Source of the DNA: Nemertoderma westbladi
Lineage: Eukaryota; Animalia; Xenacoelomorpha
Length of the DNA stretch: 64,000 bases
Direction: 5' to 3'
NCBI GenBank assembly: GCA_032718475.1
Contig: JAUCBJ010007166.1
Coordinates: forward strand, 74,525 to 138,524
The notes below the pieces were generated by a model that saw only the letters and a program-made list of their open reading frames with translations, was not told the DNA's origin and searched no databases. Positions within the stretch are counted from its first letter, which is position 1. Each line of letters opens with the position of its first letter. This document shows, one piece after another, positions 47,081 through 58,431 of the stretch. Position numbers and translations under genes: made by a program.

Positions 47081-47989
47081 TATTTTACGTGTTGAGTAAT
47101 TTTGAAATTTGACTGGTTATATTGCCCGGGTTTATGTAGTAAGATAAGCTGAGTAACGCATTTCATGGCAGCGGAACCTCATGAAAAGGTTATTGTTGAA
47201 GTGTTTTTCGGCTAAACGATTCTGAAATTTTGAATAAAATAACCACCTATAAAATTCAATGTGGATTTATACTGTATCATAAATACAATAATACATAACA
47301 TAATTAATCAATTATATTTCACAACGAAGAACAAACATTCACCACAGCACATAATATTTATCACATTGCGTTGCCAAAAAAATTAAACGAAGGGAATTTT
47401 ACGAGGAAGAAAAAAACTGGGAAATATAACAAATTGCGACCAACATAATAACAAAAATAATTCCACTTGATTAAAGTCGAGGTAAATAAATAAATAATAA
47501 TATATATAATATAAATAATTATATAACAGGTAAATTCCGAGGATAACAATGGAATTTATGGATTATATAGCTGGTTCGGAGGCGGCGTGTTAATTAACAC
47601 AAAGTTAACTTGTAGTTGTCAGCTGAAACATTATCGACTGTTTGCACAGTCGTTAATGTCTAGCACAATCTGAACAATAGAAAGTTATATATAGTTTGAA
47701 TTTTAAAGGGTTTGGTAGAGGCGTAAATTCTTATAGCTGGTTTGGGATCCGCTGTAGTAAATTATAATACGTTCGTGGGGCGTCGCGCAGCACGCGAACT
47801 TGAGCAAGTTCGAAACAAGTTCGATTTGATCTGGAGTCAAGTTCGAGAGGTATTTGCCCGTAACTTTCAAAAATATTGGAACTTTTTCTCTAGTATGCCC
47901 ATACAAAATTTGGTTGAAAATTGGTTAAAATCTTCAAAAGTTATTTACGAATGAATTTTTAATTACAGACAGACAGACAGACAGAGTAA

Positions 47990-48695
47990 AAAAGTGTCTT
48001 TTGCGAAATTGCACATATCCTTCCATTCCATTCTTCACATTAGTGAAGAATCTTTCACATCAATAGAAAGCTTGCGTAGCAAGGATTTCAAATATGTAAC
48101 AATATCTGAATTTCGTTGAGAAACAGCTGAGATATAGGCATTCAAAGATTGCAAGAATTATTGTTCGCTGCATGCCATTTATTCTATTTAATAAATACAC
48201 GATGTTCTGGAACATTTCGTGAGAAATTGTATAGGCATACCGATGTTGCCAACCAACTCATAAAATAAACAACATATTCTAGAATTTTGTGTACTTATTA
48301 ATTCGAATAATGGCCTCCAGCGAAGTATATTTCTTGCAATCTTTGAACGCCTATTTCTCAGCTGTTTCTCAACGAAATTCAAACATTCTTACATAATTGG
48401 AATCCTTGCAACACAAGCTTATTAATGATATGAAAAAATTAGCACTAATGTGATTAATGTGAAGAATGGCCACGATAGGAGATGTGGAATTTCGCAAAAG
48501 ACACATTTTTAAAACGCATATAAAAAAAATTTATGGCCAAAATCGAAAATTTCGGCCTCATGGGGTCATCGACGGTGAGTGGAACTAGTTGTGTTTCAAA
48601 TTTCAAACAATATGATAAAGATTTGTAGAAAAATCTGGGGGGGGGGGGGGGGGTCCGTGTCATCTGAAAATGACACTATATTACGGTTCATGATG
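47990..48695. mobile_element. Hairpin MITE, related to 50415-51263
   Basis: Long internal inverted repeat (GAATTTCGTTGAGAAACAGCTGAGA...TCTCAGCTGTTTCTCAACGAAATTC); right end GACACTATATTACGGTTCATGATG|TA. Confidence 0.7.
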
Positions 48696-48833
48696 TATAA
48701 AGGTTACCACTAACTCAAACTATATATGTATAGTATAGGGGTTGAGCAGAACAACTGATTAACTTGAGCCCAAGAAAACAGAAACAGTGTATAATGTAAT
48801 TGAGAAAAAAGTTGCCCCCAAACCAAAATTAAA

Positions 48834-50010
48834 TTACTGGGAATTAGACCACTCTTCTAATATATAGGGTCCCTGAAGCCCGCCTTCACGGCGGTCTCCA
48901 AACCCAGTGGGTAGCGCGCTGTTAATAGGCGACAACGGGCTACCGACAACCGCCTGACACGGTCGCATCTGGGGCACAATGTCAACGGCCTGCGAGGCGC
49001 CGTTACTAAAATTATAATCGGTCGCGCCGTAGGAACTATAGGCAGCGGCGTGCGCCGTGGGGGACGAGGGGGTCGAGAGAGGGGGCTGCCTGGCCCCCCA
49101 GACCGGGGGATCGGCCTTGTCCCTCAGCCCTAAAGTCGAGGGGTAAATGGGACCGCATAAAAACATCGCAAAGATTAGCCAACCAGCCGCCCTTGTTATA
49201 GGGATTCGAGGCGCCTTTTCCAGTCCACGCACCTTTGATATCCTCATTTGTTGTCTGATTAGTGACTACGAGGAATGTATGGAAGCCACCCAGACCAACG
49301 ATACTCCAAACCGAGAAAAAACAAATAATTCCTAGGACTATACTCACAGGGGATTGCTGTATAGCATCCATGAAGCCGTCACTACGAGATAGAATGATTA
49401 TGTTAGTTAAAACGCAGGCGAATATATAGACAGCGAGTACGGAGAGACATATTATGAACCAGTAGAAGTATCGGTAGTTTCTCTTACCTACGCAGTTACC
49501 GATCCACGGGCAGTGGTGGTCGAAGTTGTCGACGCAGTTGTCACAAAGCGAGCAATGAGAAGCCCGTGGTGGTCGGAATATCTTGCATGTGAAGCAGTAC
49601 TTTAGCTTTACTGTCTGTCCGTTAACAGCAATTTCTTTTGTTCGAGGGGGAAGTTTATTATTAGAGTTGTTCGCGAATTCCAAGCGATTCTCGAGGTCTG
49701 TTCGACGTTCCGTGTCGGTTTCCTCTTCCGGGGTTGCGCGTCGGATTACTCCGGGGTCGCTGAACGCGGCCCGGAGGAGGTTCGATATAGTGAGGACGAA
49801 GAATACCACGCAGGGTATCGGGATCGCGGGGGACACGGTGGTCGCTAGGTAACGGCCGTCGAAGCCGAGGAATAGACCGGTTACTATGACGATGAGACCC
49901 AGGGTGAAGTAGAGCACGGACACCTGTTTGGCCATCATGATTCGGCCTCCGCAATGGAAACGGTTCCGGCCCGGGAATACTTCCCAGTTTCGTTGCGTTT
50001 CGACATTCAT
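48834..50010 (-). CDS. ZDHHC14: DHHC palmitoyltransferase, ZDHHC9/14/18 (Erf2) subfamily, intronless; apparent 1-nt frameshift at 49159-49163
   Basis: [69 protein letters not shown]. The conserved LCGP..PS tail lies in the next frame (ORF 48834-49247). The uncorrected ORF is 49036-50010. Confidence 0.92.
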
Positions 50011-50414
50011 TGTCCTGTGTCTGTCAGTCTGACGCCTGATTATGGATTATGGAAGTATGCTGGTGCAGTGGTATGGCACGTTCTGGCGTTGCGAACAGCT
50101 GAACAGTTTATACACTCTACAGCACAGCAGCACAGCTCAACCATCCGAGTGCAGGAAAGCAGGACTGACTCGTCCTAGTCCTGAAGAATAGACAGTTCTT
50201 CTGTCAGACTGCTACAGTGCTACCCTACATCAGTACATACCGGTATGACTGCTGTGCTGGCAGCAGCACAGCATCAATACTGCACAAGCTGATGGAAGTA
50301 GCTCTATTCACAGACAGCCAGATTCAGGTCTAAGCCTATGCAGCTATGGCTATGCCTAACTGTATTATCTGATTATGTATTAGGCCTACATTAGGTCTAG
50401 GTGTCACTGGACTA

Positions 50415-51263
50415 CACCCATGTCCTGGAATATAGTGGCGTTATTCAGGTACCTGCCCCCCCCCCCCCCCCACCCCCCAACCCCCAAATTTTTCTACACA
50501 ATCTTAATGAGATTGCATGAAATTTAAAATAGAGACAGTTTCACCTCCCTCCTCCTCCGTGGGTGAGCCAGAATTTTTATTTTTGATTTCAATCTTTAGC
50601 AGAAGTGTTTGAAAAAGGTGTCTCTGGCGATATTTCACAGGTCACTCACAGTTCAATCATTCTACAACCTTAGAAAGCTGCCCATGCAAGGATTCCAAAT
50701 CTGTAAACACATTTCAATTTGGTTGGGAAATAGCTGAGATATGGGCATTCGAATGTTGAATGTATTCTTCCCCCTGCAGGCTATTTATTCTGTATAATAA
50801 ATGTACCATATTCTAGAACATTTTGTTTATTACATACGTAGCTGGGCAACAATGCAATACCTCTTTAATTATACTATTACGTAGCTATTCATAAATAAAC
50901 AAAATGTTCTAGAATATGGTATTTTTATTTAATAGAATAAAATAGCCTCATGCAGATGGAAAACTATGAAACTTTTGACGCTCATATCTTAGCTATTTTT
51001 CAACGAAATTCAGATTATGTTACATATTTGGAATCCCTACATGGCCAGCTTTCCATCAATACCAAGAAATCACCTTTTTAAATGCTTGTAGCTAAAGATT
51101 GAAAGCAAAAATAAAAATTCTGGCTCACCCACGGAGGAGAAGGGAGGTGGAACTATCTGTATTTCAAATTTATCATGCAATCTCATTAAGTAATTAATTT
51201 GTAGAAAAGTTTGGGGGGGGGGGCAGGTACCTGAATAACGACACTATATTCCAGGGCATGGTG
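50415..51263. mobile_element. MITE with long TIRs and TA flanks (Tc1/mariner-type)
   Basis: TA|CACCCATGTCCTGGAATATAGTGGCGTTATTCAGGTACCTGCCCC ... GGGGCAGGTACCTGAATAACGACACTATATTCCAGGGCATGGTG|TA. Confidence 0.85.
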
Positions 51264-51449
51264 TAATAGGGTAGACTGGGGTTGTATGGCCATTTTTTAA
51301 CTTTTTTGAATCCCACCGGAGCACAGGTACATGAAACCATCATTGCCACCCCTAGGAAGAAACTAAACTACTGTACACATCTCAGCAATTTATTAAACTT
51401 TTGAAACCCATGGTAGTTTTCGAATTCAGGTCCCCAGGGGTGGTTTTTT

Positions 51450-51644
51450 AAAACGCTTATAAAAAAATTTAAAGGCGAAATCGAAAATTCCGGCTTCATG
51501 GTAACAACCACGGTGAGTTGAACTAGTTGTGTTTCAAATTTCAAGCAATATGATAAAGATTTGTAGAAAAATCTGGGGGGTGGGGGGGGGGGGGGGGGGG
51601 GGGGGGGGTTCGTGTCATATGACACTATATTACAGGTCATGGTG
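51450..51644. mobile_element. MITE right-end fragment (as 48510-48695)
   Basis: Near copy of the 48510-48695 terminus, including the poly-G run. Confidence 0.65.
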
Positions 51645-53289
51645 TATATACCGCTGAAGACGCCCTTATGGTAAACAACCCCCCATTTTCAATATATCCA
51701 CGTGGTAAACACCCTTTCTAAACAAGATTTCCCTAATATTTAATATGAATACGCCACGAAAAAACGTCGTTCAGGTCAATTCAAATTAACCACCACTTCT
51801 GCCAGTCTGGACTTCAGTTGATGTTTTATCGGTACACGGCACAGTCACGGTTCAATACCGATAGCGCCACCGAAAACAGAATCATCATTCATTCATCAAC
51901 GTAAACTAGAATTTGAAAACAAAAAAAATATTTGGAGTCCTTTAGAGGCCTGTGGGAGATGTTCAAGATTTTACCCCCTTAACTTTTTTCAAATTTCAAT
52001 TATTTGCTACGAAATTTGGTATGATGACATTTCGATAACTTTTCTTACTGCTGGCAAAGCCGGATTTTTCAATTTATGGGCCCATGTGAAGTGAAGTATA
52101 ACAAACTTCACTGCCGTTATATTTCACTTTGCAGTTTACCCCCATGTGAGGAATACCAGGTTTTCACTAAAACCACAGGTTTCAGAAGGGCTGATTCTAA
52201 CAAAAACAATGATCGAATAAGTATCTGAACTGGTTATAAGACAGAAATAGGCGCTATGAAACCCGTATATAAGGATAAATTTGGAAAAATATACAAATTC
52301 TTTATAAAATTCCAGTAGGATTTCGAATGAAAAGTGAAAACCTGGTATTCTTCACATGGGCGAATTCTCTGTTGGCTTTATTTTTCGCATTTTGAGTGTA
52401 ATCTAGATATAATTCGAACCGCCTTCATCTCCAGATCCCGAATCTGAAAACTGTTTTAAATTTCACCAAAAATTGCCACAGATATTATTAAAATACTAAG
52501 GTGTAAATTTTGAGACGTAAATCGCTAGGCCTATAATTCTAATGTTTTTTTTGTCTTTATGAGCTTTTAAAACTCTCCATCTTATTTGTTCATTACATGA
52601 ATATTCTAGAATTGAGTAAAAAAAACATTAGAATTATAACGTCATAATAACAATGTCAACAATTATTCAGCAATTATTGTAGACAATTTAAAAATTTAAT
52701 AATTTAGGACAAATTATGTGAAATAAGTGTGAGACTTTGCTCTTCGATTGTGAAATTTAGGTTCCAGAGTGTGAAAATTTCACAGAATTATGTGAAAAAA
52801 TATTTTCACCATGATAGAATCTGCCACAAACGAATGATGTTGCTACAAAATTTAAACCAATTTCAAATAATATATCCGATATTTCAATTCCCCCAGTCTG
52901 TAGGGAAGATTGGAATGCAATTGTAATTGGATATAGATGGGGTTATGGGAATAAGGTAGAGAGAGTAAGTAAAAAGTTTCATTGTAAATGTCAACATCAA
53001 ACTCAACATGTATATTAACAATAATATTCAATTGTTACACAATATGAAAAACTAATAAGTACAAACAATTATTAAGGCTCAGCATGATAGAAACAAATAC
53101 AGTAAATAATTGTAGGAAAAATACAATAAATTAATAACAATATTAGTGCATAAAGCTAATAGCGGGTCAGAGTAAAACGCGGATCCGGATCAGGATCCGG
53201 ATTCTATCATTTAACATTGTCCCTATGGAAGTCGACTGAATTTACATTTTTAGGGTGTAATCTGCGGATCCGCGCACTGCTAAATTTAC

Positions 53290-54850
53290 CGAATCCGTAA
53301 CCGAGTGTAAAATGCGGATTGGCCTTTTTTTCAGATCCGGAACGGAGTGTAAAGCGCGGATTCATGTTTTAGGCTAAATCCTGAACGGAGTGTAAAACGC
53401 GGATTCATTTTTCTACTGAATCCGGGATTGGGTGTAAAATACGGATTCAGGTTTATTACAAAGTTTTATTAAATCCGGGAAGGGGTGTAAAACGCGGATT
53501 CAAGTTAATTACCATGTTTTATTGGATCCGGGAAGGGGTGTAAAACGCGGATTCTAGTTAATTACCAAGTTTTATTGGATCCGGGAAGGGGTGTAAAACG
53601 CGGATTTACGTTAATTACTAAGTTTTATTGGATCCGGAATGGAGTGTAAAACACGGATTTACGTTAATTATCAAGTTTTATTGGATCCGGAATGGAGTGT
53701 AAAACACGGATTTACGTTAATTACTAAGTTTTATTGGATCCGGAATGGAGTGTAAAACACGGATTTACGTTAATTACCAAGTTTTATTGGATCCGGAATG
53801 GAGTGTAAAACGCGGATTTACGTTAATTACCAAGTTTTATTGGATCCGGGAAGGGGTGTAAAACGCGGATTTACGTTAATTACCAAGTTTTATTGGATCC
53901 GGAATGGAGTGTAAAACACGGATTTACGTTAATTACCAAGTTTTATTGGATCCGGAATGGAGTGTAAAACACGGATTTACGTTAATTACTCAAGTTTTAT
54001 TGGATCCGGAATGGAGTGTAAAACACGGATTTACGTTAATTACCAAGTTTTATTGGATCCGGAATGGAGTGTAAAACGCGGATTCAAGTTAATTACCAAG
54101 TTTTATTGGATCCGGGAAGGGGTGTAAAACGCGGATTCTAGTTAATTACCAAGTTTTATTGGATCCGGAATGGAGTGTAAAACACGGATTTACGTTAATT
54201 ACTAAGTTTTATTGGATCCGGAATGGAGTGTAAAACACGGATTTACGTTAATTATCAAGTTTTATTGGATCCGGAATGGAGTGTAAAACGCGGATTCAAG
54301 TTAATTACCATGTTTTATTGGATCCGGGAAGGGGTGTAAAACGCGGATTCTACGTTAATTACCAAGTTTTATTGGATCCGGAATGGAGTGTAAAACACGG
54401 ATTTACGTTAATTATCAAGTTTTATTGGATCCGGAATGGAGTGTAAAACGCGGATTCAAGTTAATTACCATGTTTTATTGGATCCGGGAAGGAGTGTAAA
54501 ACGCGGATTTACGTTAATTACCAAGTTTTATTGGATCCGGAATGGAGTGTAAAACACGGATTTACGTTAATTACCAAGTTTTATTGGATCCGGAATGGAG
54601 TGTAAAACACGGATTTACGTTAATTACCAAGTTTTATTGGATCCGGAATGGAGTGTAAAACACGGATTTACGTTAATTACCAAGTTTTATTGGATCCGGA
54701 ATGGAGTGTAAAACACGGATTTACGTTAATTACCAAGTTTTATTGGATCCGGAACGGAGTGTAAAACACGGATTTATGTTAATTACCAAGTTTTATTGGA
54801 TCCGGGAAGGGGTGTAAAACGCGGATTCAAGTTAATTAGTAAGTTTTAAT
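53290..54850 (+). repeat. 53-bp tandem array, left arm (~29 units)
   Basis: Unit GTTTTATTGGATCCGGAATGGAGTGTAAAACACGGATTTACGTTAATTACCAA. Confidence 0.95.
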
Positions 54851-55614
54851 GAACAATTTATAAAACGCATATGCAATAAAGACCCAGACCCTCATCTAGT
54901 TACAATTATTAATTAGTGCAATGTTTATTGTTCTTTAGTAACTTTTCTTGGCTTGCTGACTTTCCTGGTTTTTTTCTTCTCCGGACTCGGGGTGCACGAT
55001 GTTTGCGTAGTGAGTTCAAGCGGCTCAACAATGGCTGTATCATTGGTTGGACTCGGAATAACGAATCCCGTAAATGGAACCTTTACAAAGTCATCACTGT
55101 CATCCATGTTTAATAAGAAATTAAATAAGAAATTATACTGAACAGTTCAGCCTCCATAAATTAGGAAGGCAGCAAGCTTGCAAGGCCTTAAATAGAAGTA
55201 CGCTATGATGCAGTACAAACTACCGCCAGCTAGGCAGAACAGTGATTCTTGTTTGTAAGGGAGGTTGGGATGGATAAGCCAATCAGGGAACAGGACAGTA
55301 ATCCTACCATACAATTGTCTACAGAGCTGCTCTACCAGAGAGGTCACGTTCCCACGGTAGTATAGTTTTTCAGCTAATCAATATCTAATAATGTCTGACG
55401 GCCAAGCATCACCATCGCCCTTATTAATAATTCATTGGGAAGCATTGACCCCTATTAAGGTGTCCCCCAGAGCCGGATTAAGCTTATGTGTGGCCCCTAG
55501 ACATAGACAAATTATTAAGGTGTCTATTAACTATTAAGGTGTCCCCCATTAATGTTTGTGTCCCTCATTAATGTGTGTCCCTCATTAATAGTTGTGTCCC
55601 TCATTAACAAACTC

Positions 55615-56535
55615 AGTAATTAACGTAAATCCGCATTTTACACCCCTTCCCGGATCCAGTAACACTTTGTAATTAACCTGAATCAATCCGCGTTTTACAC
55701 CCCTTCCCGGATCTAGTAACACTTGGTAATTAACGTAAATCCGTGTTTTACACTCCATTCCGGATCCAACAAAACTTGGTAATTAACGAAAATCCGTGTT
55801 TTACACTCCATTCCGGATCCAACAAAACTTGGTAATTAACGAAAATCCGTGTTTTACACTCCATTCCGGATCCAATAAAACTTGGTAATTAACGAAAATC
55901 CGTGTTTTACACTCCATTCCGGATCCAATAAAACTTGGTAATTAACGAAAATCCGTGTTTTACACTCCATTCCGGATCCAATAAAACTTGGTAATTAACG
56001 AAAATCCGTGTTTTACACTCCATTCCGGATCCAATAAAACTTGGTAATTAACTTGAATCCGTGTTTTACACTCCATTCCGGATCCAACAAAACTTGGTAA
56101 TTAACGAAAATCCGTGTTTTACACTCCATTCCGGATCCAACAAAACTTGGTAATTAACGAAAATCCGTGTTTTACACTCCATTCCGGATCCAACAAAACT
56201 TGGTAATTAACGAATATCCGTGTTTTACACTCCTTTCCGGATCCAACAAAACTTGGTAATTAACGAAAATCCGCGTTTTACACTCCATTCTGGATCCAAC
56301 AAAATTTGGTAATTAACGAAAATCCGTATTTTACACTCCATTCCGGATCCAACAAAACTTGATAATTAACGAAAATCCGTGTTTTACACTCCATTCCGGA
56401 TCCATTAAAACTTGGTAATTAACGTAAATCCGTATTTTACACTCCATTCCGGATTCACAAAATATATGAATCCGCGTTTTACACTGCAATACGGATTGCG
56501 TATTTCAGAATCCGCATATTACACTCAGTTACGGA
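55615..56535 (-). repeat. 53-bp tandem array, right arm (~17 units, inverted)
   Basis: Reverse complement of the left-arm unit. Confidence 0.95.
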
Positions 56536-56898
56536 TTGTATGTAAATCCGGATCCGCCTTTTACACTCGCAAATCCGGGTCCTGATCCGTATCCGGATCC
56601 TGAATCCGGATCCGCGTTTTACACCTACCCGCTAATAGCATCATTTAACAAACTCCTAAATACAGCACAGCAAACGGAACACCGTATAAATTCAATTAAT
56701 TTGCATAATCCAATATAAATAAAACAATTAGTATAACAAAGAAACCCTCCCAGCGTATTATTTAATTATTTGACTGTTTACTGAAATCCATTACCGGTAA
56801 CAATAAAAAATGTTTGCAAATTTTTATCGGTATCGCTCTATTCGGCGATTATGACCCGTGTTTTTTTATATATAAACCATCCTCTCTGGATCTATGAG

Positions 56899-57949
56899 CT
56901 GCGCTCACTCAGTCCTCTCTGCGCTTGTCCAGTCCTCTCTGCGCTCGTTCAGTCCTCTCTGCGCTCGCTCACTCCTCTCTGCGCTCGCTCACTCCTCTCT
57001 GCGCTCGCTCAGTCCTCTCTGCGCTCGCTCACTCCTCTCTGCGCTCGTTCAGTCCTCTCTGCGCTCGCTCAGTCCTTTCTGCGCTCGCTCAGTCCTTTCT
57101 GCGCTCGCTCAGTCCTCTCTGCGCTCGCTCAGTCCTCTCTGCGCTCGCTCAGTCCTCTCTGCGCTCGCTCAGTCCTCTCTGCGCTCGCTCAGTGCTCTCT
57201 GCGCTCGATCAGTCCTCTCTGCACTCGCTCAGTCCTCTCTGCGCTCGATCAGTCCTCTCTGCGCTCGATCAGTCCTCTCTGCGCTCGCTCAGTCCTCTCT
57301 GCGCTCGTTCAGTCCTCTCTGCGCTCGCTCAGTCCTCTCTGCGCTCGCTCACTCCTCTCTGCGCTCGTTCAGTCCTCTCTGCGCTCGCTCTGTCCTCTCT
57401 GCGCTCGCTCAGTCCTCTCTGCGCTCGCTCAGTCCTCTCTGCGCTCGCTCAGTCCTCTCTGCACTCGCTCAGTCCTCTCTGCGCTCGCTCAGTCCTCTCT
57501 GCGCTCGCTCAGTCCTCTCTGCACTCGCTCAGTCCTCTCTGCGCTCGCTCAGTCCTCTCTGCGCTCGCTCAGTCCTCTCTGCGCTCGCTCAGTCCTCTCT
57601 GCGCTCGCTCAGTGCTCTCTGCGCTCGATCAGTCCTCTCTGCACTCGCTCAGTCCTCTCTGCGCTCGATCAGTCCTCTCTGCGCTCGCTCAGTCCTCTCT
57701 GCGCTCGCTCAGTCCTCTCTGCGCTCGCTCAGTCCTCTCTGCGCTCGATCACTCCTCTCTGCGCTCGTTCAGTCCTCTCTGCGCTCGCTCAGTCCCCTCT
57801 GCGCTCGCTCAGTCCTCTCTGCGCTCGCTCAGTCCTCTCTGCGCTCGCTCAGTCCTCTCTGCGCTCGCTCAGTCCTCTCTGCGCTCGCTCAGTCCTCTCT
57901 GCACTCGCTCACTCCTCTCTGCGCTCGCTCAGTCCTCTCTGCGCTCAGT
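56899..57949. repeat. 20-bp minisatellite (GCGCTCGCTCAGTCCTCTCT)n, ~52 copies
   Basis: Tandem units in exact 20-bp phase. Confidence 0.97.
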
Positions 57950-58431
57950 TCAGTTCATAAATAAACAAACGCTGAAAAGTGTTAATTTTCTCACAATGAT
58001 GTAACTAGTTAATCTTATTACAATACAATGGAATTTGTCTACATAATTCAGCAAATCTAACGAAAATTTTTTGACTCTTTGCGACAAAACGAGTAAAAAA
58101 TCAAAATAGAAATGAGTAAAAATCTTAAACCTGGATGAAGTGCATTAAGAAAGCTAAATAAATAAATATAAATGTAAACTATAATTAATAGGGATAACCT
58201 AGATCTATAATATTACATAATATAATATTCACACAATTACCTTATTTAATAAAGGCTGGAATAACCGAAAAAAATATATTAACTCTATGTCAAGGAATTC
58301 CTAATATACCATCAATAGGCCTAATAAAGTTACTAAATTTAATTAATTTATTTGATAAATAATAAATAGTACCAAAAACGACACATTCAAAAATTATCAA
58401 ATCTTATGAAAATAAATATAATTTGGCAATA

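Larger units (their letters stand above)
53164..56630. mobile_element. Foldback/Mutator-like element with modular TIRs and 9-bp TSD
   Basis: TSD GCTAATAGC at 53155-53163 and 56631-56639; ends GGGTCAGAGTAAAACGCGGATCC and GGATCCGCGTTTTACACCTACCC; arms built of inverted 53-bp tandem arrays. Confidence 0.9.

Noticed and set aside
53290-56535. CRISPR-like appearance of the 53-bp arrays
   Set aside because: No unique spacers, no cas genes, eukaryotic context; the units are plain tandem repeats in transposon arms.
56851-58004. Three ~360-aa ORFs (SSLRSLSPLCARSVLSALAQ)n
   Set aside because: Artefact of the 20-bp minisatellite.
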